Assembly: GCA_964529125.1 (NCBI GenBank)
Contig: CAZGUN010000001.1
Coordinates: 1 to 32,360, forward strand
Length of the DNA: 32,360 bases
Reading direction: 5' to 3'
From: an uncultured Candidatus Saccharibacteria bacterium
GTDB lineage: Bacteria > Patescibacteriota > WWE3 > UBA101185 > UBA10185
Shown: in pieces, positions 18,025 through 25,472 of the stretch
Layout: each line of letters opens with the position of its first letter
How positions within the stretch are numbered: the stretch's first letter is position 1
Program-made: the position numbers and the translations under genes
Notes under the pieces: model-generated
Seen by the model: only the letters and a program-made list of their open reading frames with translations
Databases searched by the model: none
What the model was told of the DNA's origin: nothing

Positions 18025-19399
18025 AATCCTCCAACACCTTTTTAATATTCTCAATGTCCCTTCTTGTTTTTACTTCCTGAAGCATTTCGTCCCCTACTTT
18101 CTGAACCCCATGCATTATCGTTGTGTGATCCCGTCCGCCCATTAGCTCCCCAATACTCATATACGGAGTCTCAGTCATTTCATACATTAAGTACATCGCA
18201 ATTTGTCTTGGAACAACAATTTCTTTGGTTCTTCTGCTCCCCTTTAAATCTGTCACGCGAACCGAATAATAATTTGCGACGGTTTTTATAATATCGTTTG
18301 TGTTAACCGTTCGTTTAATTTTTTCTCTTATTATTGAACCTTCCAATGCACTTTTTGCAACTTCTAGTGTTGGTGCAACTTTGTTGGCTTGGGCTTGAGT
18401 TAAAACCTGCAGGTAAGCACCTTCAAGCTCCCTAATGTTTGTATCAATTTTTTCGGCAATAAAATCTATTACCTCGTTTGGAACGCTGTGTCCTGCCTGA
18501 TCACGCTTGGTTCTAAGAATAGCAATTCTTGTGTCAACGTCCGGTTTTGAGATGTCCGAAATAATGCCGCTACTAAGCCTGGAAGTCACTCTTTCTTCCA
18601 AGTCTGTAAAGTCTTTAGGCGGACGATCTGAGGCAATCACAATCTGTTTTTGAGCCATGTGTAAAGTGTTGAAGGTGTGAAAGAACTCTTCCTGGGTCGC
18701 TTCTTTTCCGGCAATAAATTGAATGTCATCCAGCAAAAACACATCCACCGTTCTATATTTATTCCTAAACCAGCTTGTGCCTCCCGAACCCCCGCGGGCC
18801 CCGCTTCTAATCGCGTCAATTATTTCGTTTCCAAAAGTTTCACCAGTTGTATAAATAACTTTCAGATTTGGATGTTTTTGAACAATTTCATTTCCAATCG
18901 CATGCATCAAGTGAGTTTTGCCTAGGCCCACACCTGAGTATATAAAAAACGGATTGTAAAGTTTTCCAGGCTTTTCAGCAACAGCCGAAGCAATAGCGTG
19001 GGCAAGCTGGTTGTTGGAGCCCATGATGTAGCTGTCAAAAGTCATATGTGGGGAAAGCCCGGCTTTTGTTGATCTTGAAGCCGCCGCCTCGCTCATTGCT
19101 TTTGCTTGAGGCTCAAAAAGCGGACCAAGCTCCTGCGAACCGTTTTTCGAAATAACATCGCCTACTTTAAAAATAAGCTTGTAATGCCCTTTCCCTATTT
19201 TATTTACGCTGTCTTGAACAAGTGAACGAAGCCTTCCCTCTAACTGTCTTTTAGCGAAAGGGTTTTCGCATACAACCTCCAAAGAATCTTTTGTTAAAGC
19301 CTGGGCACGGGTTTTTTGAACCCAGGTTTTAAACTGGGTTTCTGAGAGGTTTACTTGCAGTTCGGCAAGAACTGCTTTCCATAAATCTTTTACATCCAT
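18023..19399 (-). CDS. dnaA: Chromosomal replication initiator protein DnaA
   Basis: Supporting motifs are NPFFIYSGVGLGKTHL (Walker A), the AAA+ body, and the C-terminal DnaA-box-binding domain (VVPRQIAMYLMYEMT...HTTIMHG). I place the start at the ATG giving MDVKDLWKAVLAELQ (19399). The 22 extra codons up to 19465 would run through a DnaA box. Confidence 0.9.
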   Translation of the reverse strand: MDVKDLWKAVLAELQVNLSETQFKTWVQKTRAQALTKDSLEVVCENPFAKRQLEGRLRSLVQDSVNKIGKGHYKLIFKVGDVISKNGSQELGPLFEPQAKAMSEAAASRSTKAGLSPHMTFDSYIMGSNNQLAHAIASAVAEKPGKLYNPFFIYSGVGLGKTHLMHAIGNEIVQKHPNLKVIYTTGETFGNEIIDAIRSGARGGSGGTSWFRNKYRTVDVFLLDDIQFIAGKEATQEEFFHTFNTLHMAQKQIVIASDRPPKDFTDLEERVTSRLSSGIISDISKPDVDTRIAILRTKRDQAGHSVPNEVIDFIAEKIDTNIRELEGAYLQVLTQAQANKVAPTLEVAKSALEGSIIREKIKRTVNTNDIIKTVANYYSVRVTDLKGSRRTKEIVVPRQIAMYLMYEMTETPYMSIGELMGGRDHTTIMHGVQKVGDEMLQEVKTRRDIENIKKVLED

Positions 19400-19437
19400 A
19401 AAAGTTGAGAAATAGAGGGCAAACCTAAATACTCTAC

Positions 19438-19466
19438 TGTGCATAACTATATATAAGTTATCCACA
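19438..19466. promoter_or_regulatory. Inverted pair of DnaA boxes in the dnaA-rpmH divergent intergenic region
   Basis: TGTGCATAA (19438..19446, one mismatch) and the perfect TTATCCACA (19458..19466) are separated by the AT-rich CTATATATAAG. They lie upstream of the dnaA start. Confidence 0.55.
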
Positions 19467-19506
19467 ATAAATCAAGCAATGTGGGTTGCAGGATTGGGGC
19501 AAAAGT

Positions 19507-19535
19507 TTGACCTAAGGCAACCTTTACTCTACAAT
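19507..19535 (+). promoter_or_regulatory. Putative rpmH promoter (TTGACC-17 nt-TACAAT), near-leaderless
   Basis: TTGACC lies at 19507..19512 and TACAAT at 19530..19535. Only 9 nt separate the -10 from the rpmH ATG at 19545, and no Shine-Dalgarno motif lies between them. Confidence 0.45.
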
Positions 19536-19544
19536 CCCCGAGCT

Positions 19545-19697
19545 ATGCCTAAGAGAACCTGGCAACCTAAAAAACGAAAAAGAGTTAAAAAGCACGGATT
19601 TCTAAAAAGAATGTCTTCAAAGGGTGGGCGTCGCGTGTTAAAAAGAAGGGCCAGCAAAGGCCGAAAACTGCTAGTAAGATCCCTTAAAGGAAAATAA
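19545..19697 (+). CDS. rpmH: 50S ribosomal protein L34
   Basis: [43 protein letters not shown] is the L34 signature. The track ORF start at 19479 is an upstream extension. Confidence 0.9.
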   Translation: MPKRTWQPKKRKRVKKHGFLKRMSSKGGRRVLKRRASKGRKLLVRSLKGK

Positions 19698-19720
19698 GTC
19701 CAGTAGGCTATAATTCCTCC

Positions 19721-20068
19721 ATGCTCCCAAAACCCAACCGACTTTCCTCAACCTATGAATTTAATAAAACCCGCAGGCTTGGTAAGAAGGTAAGCAGTCC
19801 ACTTTTTGACATTTTTTACCTTGATATATACAACTACGACGGCCCGTCTCGTATGGGGGTTGTTGTAACAAACAGATACAGTAAAATAGCTCCAGTACGA
19901 AATAGAGTAAAAAGAGTATTTCGCGAAGTTCTAAGGCACGCAGTAAAAAAGATTAAACCCGGATACTGGATAGTAGTTCATCCCAAAAAATCTGCCGAAA
20001 CCAAAGGATATGAAGAAGTTAGTATTGAAATTAATAAAGTTTTACCAAAAACGCCTTTCTTCGGTTAA
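19721..20068 (+). CDS. rnpA: Ribonuclease P protein component
   Basis: 115-aa basic protein. It has the PKPNRLSSTYEFNKTRR N-terminus and sits in the conserved position after rpmH. Confidence 0.85.
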   Translation: MLPKPNRLSSTYEFNKTRRLGKKVSSPLFDIFYLDIYNYDGPSRMGVVVTNRYSKIAPVRNRVKRVFREVLRHAVKKIKPGYWIVVHPKKSAETKGYEEVSIEINKVLPKTPFFG

Positions 20069-20225
20069 TTTTGGTGTGCACGCCTGCAGGTTTACACCCA
20101 GTTGCTCAGAATACTCCTATCAGGCAATAGATAAGTATGGGGTATTGAGAGGCTCTTTAATGGGAACCTGGCGCGTGTTAAGATGTAACCCGTTATCAAA
20201 AGGCGGAAAGGATCTTGTTAAATAA
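20010..20225 (+). CDS. yidD: Membrane protein insertion efficiency factor YidD
   Basis: LIKFYQKRLS...CRFTPSCSEYSYQAIDKYG...RVLRCNPLSKGGKD is the YidD signature. It overlaps rnpA by 59 nt. Confidence 0.8.
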   Translation: MKKLVLKLIKFYQKRLSSVNFGVHACRFTPSCSEYSYQAIDKYGVLRGSLMGTWRVLRCNPLSKGGKDLVK

Positions 20226-21025
20226 TGCTTGGCACAATCTGGAACACAATACTTGTTAACCCAATATTAAATCTATTCGTAGCTCTATACACATTTCTTG
20301 GTGGAAATATGGGTTTGGCGATAATTGTTCTGACAATCATTATTCGCGCACTTTTAATCCCCGTAATCCTTCCTTCAATGAAAACAATGCAAAAGCAAAG
20401 AGACTTACAGCCAGAAATCGAAAAGCTTAAAAGTAAGTATAAGCATGACAAGCAAAAGCTTGCGAAGGAGCAAATGGAACTTTTCAAAAGACACGGTTTA
20501 AACCCCGCGTCGGGCTGTCTGACCCAAATCTCTATGATTGTGGTTTTGATCGCTTTATATAATGTTATTAACCGCTTCTCAATAAATGTCGATATAAATG
20601 CCCTAAACAACCTACTTTACTTTCCGGCTTTAAGGTTTGTTGAAGGTGTCTCTATCAACACGACCTTTTGGTATATGAACCTGGCCAAAGCCGACCCTTA
20701 TTTTGTGTTACCAGTTTTGGCGGGTATTTTCCAGCTTTTCGCTTCAAAAATGATGTACCCATATGTTGAGGCAGGAGAAAAAGCCGCCAAAAGAACCCCT
20801 GACAAGAAAGATGACCTGGCTTATAATATGCAAGAGCAGATGCTGTACTTAATGCCCGTGATGACCGTATTCATTGGTGCAAGTTTGCCTTCGGGTGCAG
20901 CCTTGTACATTTTGGTAACAACAATATTTTCACTGGTTCAGCAATATTTTGTTTCAGGTTGGGGCGGATTAACGCCATGGCTTAGAAAGCTCAACATCAA
21001 TGTCGGAACAACTATTAAAAAATAA
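20225..21025 (+). CDS. yidC: Membrane protein insertase YidC/Oxa1 (short Gram-positive type)
   Basis: 266 aa. Supporting features are GLAIIVLTIIIRALLIPV, LQPEIEKLKSKYKHDKQKLAKEQMELFKRHGLNP and five TM segments. Confidence 0.85.
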   Translation: MLGTIWNTILVNPILNLFVALYTFLGGNMGLAIIVLTIIIRALLIPVILPSMKTMQKQRDLQPEIEKLKSKYKHDKQKLAKEQMELFKRHGLNPASGCLTQISMIVVLIALYNVINRFSINVDINALNNLLYFPALRFVEGVSINTTFWYMNLAKADPYFVLPVLAGIFQLFASKMMYPYVEAGEKAAKRTPDKKDDLAYNMQEQMLYLMPVMTVFIGASLPSGAALYILVTTIFSLVQQYFVSGWGGLTPWLRKLNINVGTTIKK

Positions 21026-21452
21026 ACTTAATGAAATTCTAAACTTTATCGGAGTTACTCCAAAAGTTTCTATTGTGGAAGAAGACGGTACGTACAAAAT
21101 CTCAATTGAGGGTGATGATTTAAGTTTTCTAATTGGATATCGTGGTGAATCACTAAATGCTTTACAAACGCTTCTTGCGACAATGCTTTTCAACGAACTT
21201 AACGAATGGGTTCACGTTTTAGTTGATATAAATGCCTACCGGGAAAGCAGAAACAGCAAGATTGAAGAAATGACTAAGAACTTTATAGATAGAGTTCGTT
21301 TTCACAAATCAGAGGCTGAGCTGCCCCCAATGAACGCTTTTGAGCGCAGACAAGTTCACGTCTTTGTTGCCGAGTACCCCGACATTATCTCTGAAAGTGC
21401 TGGCGAGGGCCGTGATAGAAGAGTTGTCCTTAAATTAAAGGAAGATGTTTAA
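21000..21452 (+). CDS. jag: Jag/SpoIIIJ-associated KH-R3H RNA-binding protein
   Basis: 150 aa. A KH-like segment (FLIGYRGESLNALQ) and an R3H motif (FERRQVHVFV) are present, in the conserved position after yidC. Confidence 0.75.
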   Translation: MSEQLLKNKLNEILNFIGVTPKVSIVEEDGTYKISIEGDDLSFLIGYRGESLNALQTLLATMLFNELNEWVHVLVDINAYRESRNSKIEEMTKNFIDRVRFHKSEAELPPMNAFERRQVHVFVAEYPDIISESAGEGRDRRVVLKLKEDV

Positions 21453-22565
21453 GTGAAGTTTACATGCTTACAGGAAAACTTAGCTAAAGGGTTATCTATT
21501 GTGGGCAAAGCCATTTCGGTACGAGCCCCCCTTCCAATTCTTTCAAACGTTTTAATAAATGCTGAAGATGGAAGACTTAAACTTTCCGCGTTTAATATGG
21601 AAACTGGAATTTCTACATACGTCGGGGCCTCCGTTGAAGCAGAAGGTTCAATTACTATTCCCGCAAGACTTTTAAGTGAGTTCGTTTCTTTACTTTCACC
21701 CGGAACCGTAACAGGCGAGCTGAAGGATTCAATTTTGCATCTTTCTTCGGGTGGAACAAAATCAAAGTTTGTTGGTATGGCCGCTTCTGATTACCCAGAG
21801 CTTCCCCAAATGTCCAAAAAGCTTCAAGTATTAGAACTTGCGCCACAGGAATTTTCTTCAGCAATAAACGCAGTGGGATTTTCTGCAGCTTTGGATGACA
21901 GCAGGCCAATTTTAGGTGGGATTTTGCTTAATTATGATAAGGGTGTTTTAACCGCGGTCTCAGCTGATGGGTTTAGGCTTTCCGAAAAAACCCTGAAGGT
22001 TGGCAAGAAAGAAGCAGCCTTTAATGTCGTAGTACCGGCAAAAACCCTCATTGAAGTTGCAAGACTTTTGGGAAGCTCTGATGGGCCAATTAAATTTGCA
22101 TTGGACGCTAACGATAACCTCGCATTATTTGAAGCTGACGGTATTTTAATTTCCACGCGAATAATTGACGGAACTTTTCCTGACTACAAAAAGCTAATTC
22201 CGGGAGAAACTTCTTTAAGCGCGGAATTTTCTGTAAGTGAACTTTTAGAGGCGGTAAAGCTCACAAACGTTTTTGCAAGGGAAATGAATAGTGCAATAAG
22301 TTTAACTTTCGATCCAGAAGGAATGATTTACCTTTCATCTACCGCGCAAGAGTCAGGCGAGAATAACAGCCAGGTTTCTGCAAAAGTAACCGGAGAAAAA
22401 CTAGAAATGGCTTTTAATGCTAAATTCTTGCTGGATTTCTTGAATAACGCTGGTAGTGAGCGTGTTACCTTTTCTACAAACGGAAACATGCTTCCTGGTT
22501 TGTTAAAAGTGGTAGGAGATGAGGATTATCTACACATTATAATGCCGCTGAGAGTTCAGAATTAG
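21453..22565 (+). CDS. dnaN: DNA polymerase III beta sliding clamp
   Basis: 370 aa with a GTG start immediately after the jag stop. Supporting motifs are ILSNVLINAEDGRLKLSAFNMETGI, DSRPILGGILL, IDGTFPDYKKLIP and a three-domain length. Confidence 0.9.
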   Translation: MKFTCLQENLAKGLSIVGKAISVRAPLPILSNVLINAEDGRLKLSAFNMETGISTYVGASVEAEGSITIPARLLSEFVSLLSPGTVTGELKDSILHLSSGGTKSKFVGMAASDYPELPQMSKKLQVLELAPQEFSSAINAVGFSAALDDSRPILGGILLNYDKGVLTAVSADGFRLSEKTLKVGKKEAAFNVVVPAKTLIEVARLLGSSDGPIKFALDANDNLALFEADGILISTRIIDGTFPDYKKLIPGETSLSAEFSVSELLEAVKLTNVFAREMNSAISLTFDPEGMIYLSSTAQESGENNSQVSAKVTGEKLEMAFNAKFLLDFLNNAGSERVTFSTNGNMLPGLLKVVGDEDYLHIIMPLRVQN

Positions 22566-22574
22566 AAAGAGCGT

Positions 22575-24758
22575 TTAGTTTAACTGCGTTACCCGAGTTT
22601 TTCCATCTTCCCCTAAGCTTATTAACCCCTGATTCGAATCGTTTGTGGTGTTTGGTCCGATATCCTGCGCTGGAGTTGAGGTTGGGGGCTTGGGTTGCTG
22701 TACCTGCGGCCGGGCTTGTTGAGGTTGGGAAGCCGGAGTTTGTGGCGTTGGTGGTGGACTTACAGCCCTAACATTTGAAGTCAGCGGAGCTTTGGGAGGT
22801 GTTGGGGCTGTGACCACTGGTCTCGGAACCGTATTTTGCACACCGATTGGTTCATATTTACTAAAATCCACGTTTTGAATTGGTCGGTACGATTGTTTTG
22901 GCGCTTTTGGTTGCGGCATGGATTTTAAGATTTTTTCCTGAGCCTCCGCTCTCATTCTAAGAATTTCCTCCGGGTTTGTCGTTATTAATCTATGTTCCTC
23001 TTCTGACGCCACTACTTTTATAGCTACGTGGTTAGATCCAGCAAAGAACAAACCTTCCCCTTTATCTGCAGCCAAAAGCAATCTTTTCTCACCTTCGGAA
23101 AGATAAAATACTTCTGCAATTCTATCTATTGCCGCGGGGTGTTGTTTCAACAAAACTTGAATCGAAGAGTTACTCACAACTGCATGTCCGTACTCAGACT
23201 TTAAGAAGTCGTCAACATCCTGTGTAATTGTTGTCAATCCCAAGTAATATTTTCTCGCGCGTTTTGCGATACTGTACAAAAACTGTGCACTATCTTTGTT
23301 TTGCATTAAATACCAGGCTTCTTCCATTATCAAAAGTCTTTTTTTCAAATCTTTTCTAATTCGAGTCCAGATAAAATCTAAAATCATAAAAAAGGCAATC
23401 GGTCTTAGAGCGTCTTCAAAATTCCTTGTCGAAAAAACGGTCATTTTAGAACCAAAATTAACATTTGACTGCTGGTCGAATATTCCCGTCATGGAGCCTT
23501 TTATGAACTTTTCCAATCTATCGGCCATGCCGCGAGCCTCAGGTTCTGACGCGCCCAACAGCACTTTATATAAATCTTCCATAACCGGCGGCTCAATGCT
23601 TTGTTGGGTGTCTGGGTCAGGTGTAATCCCCTTTAGACGATAGGTTTCAATTAACGCTCTGTCCAGAATTGCCTCTTCAGTTGGGCTTAAAGCGCCAAGC
23701 ATCAATTTCAAAAGAGTGTGCAGAGAAAGAAGTTTTTGCCCAAGTTCGTTCTCGCCTTCAACCGCGACTCCAGATAAGTCAAACGGATTTATTTTCGAAG
23801 TAGAATTTGCCGAGAAATCTATGTAGTTTCCACCTAAAGCTTCACAAATTGGTCTGTACTCTTCTTCAGGATCAACAATTAAAATTTCCGTCCCAAAAAT
23901 TATTGATCTTATTACTTCAAGTTTTACCATGTAAGATTTTCCTGAACCTGATTTGGCAAAAACTACGGTATTGGCGTTTTCCAAAGAAAACCTGTCGAAA
24001 ATTACCAAAGATCCGTTGTGCTTATTGATTCCGTACATAATTCCCGTATCGGAAGTAAGATCAGACGAAGTGAATGGAAATGTTGTGGCCAAGCTTGTAG
24101 TGTCCATGTTTCTAGTTATCAAAAGCTTATCCACCGCTGTTGGAACTGATGATTGTAGGCCCTGCTCCATTTGCAAAGTTGCGTTCTTAGAAATTAAAAG
24201 CAAAGATCCAAGTGTACCTTCCAAATTTTTAGTTAGGTTGTCCAACTCTTCCAGACTTTCCGCGGGAATTGTTATGTAAAACGAAAATTGGAAGAATTTT
24301 TCTACACCTTTTACTAATTGTTCCTGCAGAGTGTTTGCGTCTTCTAAAGCAGCTACTACTACTGGATCGGCAATCTTTCCTCTTTCCGCATCAGATCTTA
24401 CAGTTGCTTCGAGCTCTGTAATTTTTCTTTTTAAATCATCCAAAATTCCCTGAGACTTAACCGGATAATAAAACATGGAAATATCCAAAGAGTGATCAAA
24501 GTTGATTATTGGAGAAAGCCAGTTTGCGCCAACGAACCTTGGGTAACCCGAAACAAATAGGGTTCTGTAATACGTGTTCCCAACCTTTACGTGATTAAAA
24601 TCTACCTCTATGGCGGAAGGCGCGATTATATCTTTGATATCAACCATACCTCTTCCAATGATTTCCCCCGCCGATTCCCCCTGCTGGGTTTGAATCTGCT
24701 CCTCGCCTGGCGCTTTCCTTGGACTTTTCTTTCCCAGTGTTAATTTTGGTAGTTTCAT
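22575..24758 (-). CDS. virB4: VirB4/TraE-family type IV secretion ATPase with a C-terminal Pro/Gln-rich extension
   Basis: 727 aa. The N-domain pattern is Gram-positive VirB4-like (YYRTLFVSGYPRFVGANWLSPII...DISMFYYP). Walker A AKSGSGKS is at 23934..23957 and a Walker B-like RLLIMEEAW at 23313..23339. GAGGA lies about 10 nt upstream of the ATG. Confidence 0.85.
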   Translation of the reverse strand: MKLPKLTLGKKSPRKAPGEEQIQTQQGESAGEIIGRGMVDIKDIIAPSAIEVDFNHVKVGNTYYRTLFVSGYPRFVGANWLSPIINFDHSLDISMFYYPVKSQGILDDLKRKITELEATVRSDAERGKIADPVVVAALEDANTLQEQLVKGVEKFFQFSFYITIPAESLEELDNLTKNLEGTLGSLLLISKNATLQMEQGLQSSVPTAVDKLLITRNMDTTSLATTFPFTSSDLTSDTGIMYGINKHNGSLVIFDRFSLENANTVVFAKSGSGKSYMVKLEVIRSIIFGTEILIVDPEEEYRPICEALGGNYIDFSANSTSKINPFDLSGVAVEGENELGQKLLSLHTLLKLMLGALSPTEEAILDRALIETYRLKGITPDPDTQQSIEPPVMEDLYKVLLGASEPEARGMADRLEKFIKGSMTGIFDQQSNVNFGSKMTVFSTRNFEDALRPIAFFMILDFIWTRIRKDLKKRLLIMEEAWYLMQNKDSAQFLYSIAKRARKYYLGLTTITQDVDDFLKSEYGHAVVSNSSIQVLLKQHPAAIDRIAEVFYLSEGEKRLLLAADKGEGLFFAGSNHVAIKVVASEEEHRLITTNPEEILRMRAEAQEKILKSMPQPKAPKQSYRPIQNVDFSKYEPIGVQNTVPRPVVTAPTPPKAPLTSNVRAVSPPPTPQTPASQPQQARPQVQQPKPPTSTPAQDIGPNTTNDSNQGLISLGEDGKTRVTQLN

Positions 24759-24764
24759 TTTTTA

Positions 24765-25469
24765 TTATTCCTCAAGAATCGCAGGCTCCACAAGCGCTGT
24801 TCTGTAATCATTTACGTTTGTTCTAATTCTTTGGTTTTGAGAGGTTCCCGGATTGTAAAATTCAAAGTAAAGTTCCACGATTTCCTGCGTGTTTAGCTGT
24901 CTAGCTTTTATTCCAAGTCTGTTAAATTCACCAATCAAGTGCTCCACTTTTGGCAGTAATTCTGGCCTGGCCCTTTCCAGTGCCTGCTCGACATTTACTT
25001 TCACCCTTTTTGCGTGAGTTCCGAAGAGTCTAGTAATCCAGTCAAATGGAGAAGAGCCCAGCTCCTGATACTTTGAGCTTCCAGATGGCACTACCACGTA
25101 AAACTTCTTATCCAAAACGTTATTAACTTTAATAATCTCCTGAATAAATTTTCTGTAAGCCTGCGCCTGTCTTTTTAAAAGAGGATCCGCTAAAGCTTGC
25201 TCTGTTTGGACAACTTTAGCTAGATAGTTTGAAATATCGACTCTTTTGGATCGTATAACAATTTGCATAGGAAACGTTATTGAGTTTAATAGCATGGAAA
25301 AAGCGGCAATGAGCGCGTCTTGTTCAATTTCAGAAAGCAGTGCAAAATTTACAGCAGTAGTTGTTATAACGACCGCCACCCCGCCATTTTTAAGTATCAC
25401 TAAATTGTCTCTTATATCCTCTATGTCTAAATGCTCTTGGGTTGTTGCTTTAATTTCTGGGACAGTCAT
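24765..25469 (-). CDS. Hypothetical soluble protein resembling a stand-alone VirB4/TraC N-terminal domain (no NTPase motifs)
   Basis: 234 aa. TQEHLDIEDIRDNLVILKNGGVAVVITTTAVNFALLSEIEQDALIAAFSMLLNSITFPMQIVI follows the pattern I recall for N-termini of Gram-positive conjugative VirB4 ATPases. It has no Walker A and no TM helix. AGGAAAGG lies upstream of the start. Confidence 0.45.
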   Translation of the reverse strand: MTVPEIKATTQEHLDIEDIRDNLVILKNGGVAVVITTTAVNFALLSEIEQDALIAAFSMLLNSITFPMQIVIRSKRVDISNYLAKVVQTEQALADPLLKRQAQAYRKFIQEIIKVNNVLDKKFYVVVPSGSSKYQELGSSPFDWITRLFGTHAKRVKVNVEQALERARPELLPKVEHLIGEFNRLGIKARQLNTQEIVELYFEFYNPGTSQNQRIRTNVNDYRTALVEPAILEE

Positions 25470-25472
25470 GTT

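Noticed and set aside
19400-19465. A 22-codon N-terminal extension of the dnaA ORF ([22 protein letters not shown]).
   Set aside because: It is not DnaA-like and would be translated through the DnaA-box pair. The internal ATG gives the typical DnaA N-terminus MDVKDLWKAVL.
20218-20610. A 130-aa minus-strand ORF opposite yidC. Similar antisense ORFs lie opposite valS, tsaD, the SBP gene, gatD, murT, dnaA, dnaN, virB4, the PrgI-like gene and the VirB6-like gene.
   Set aside because: The sense-strand genes have strong family signatures. The antisense ORFs are short and compositionally biased.
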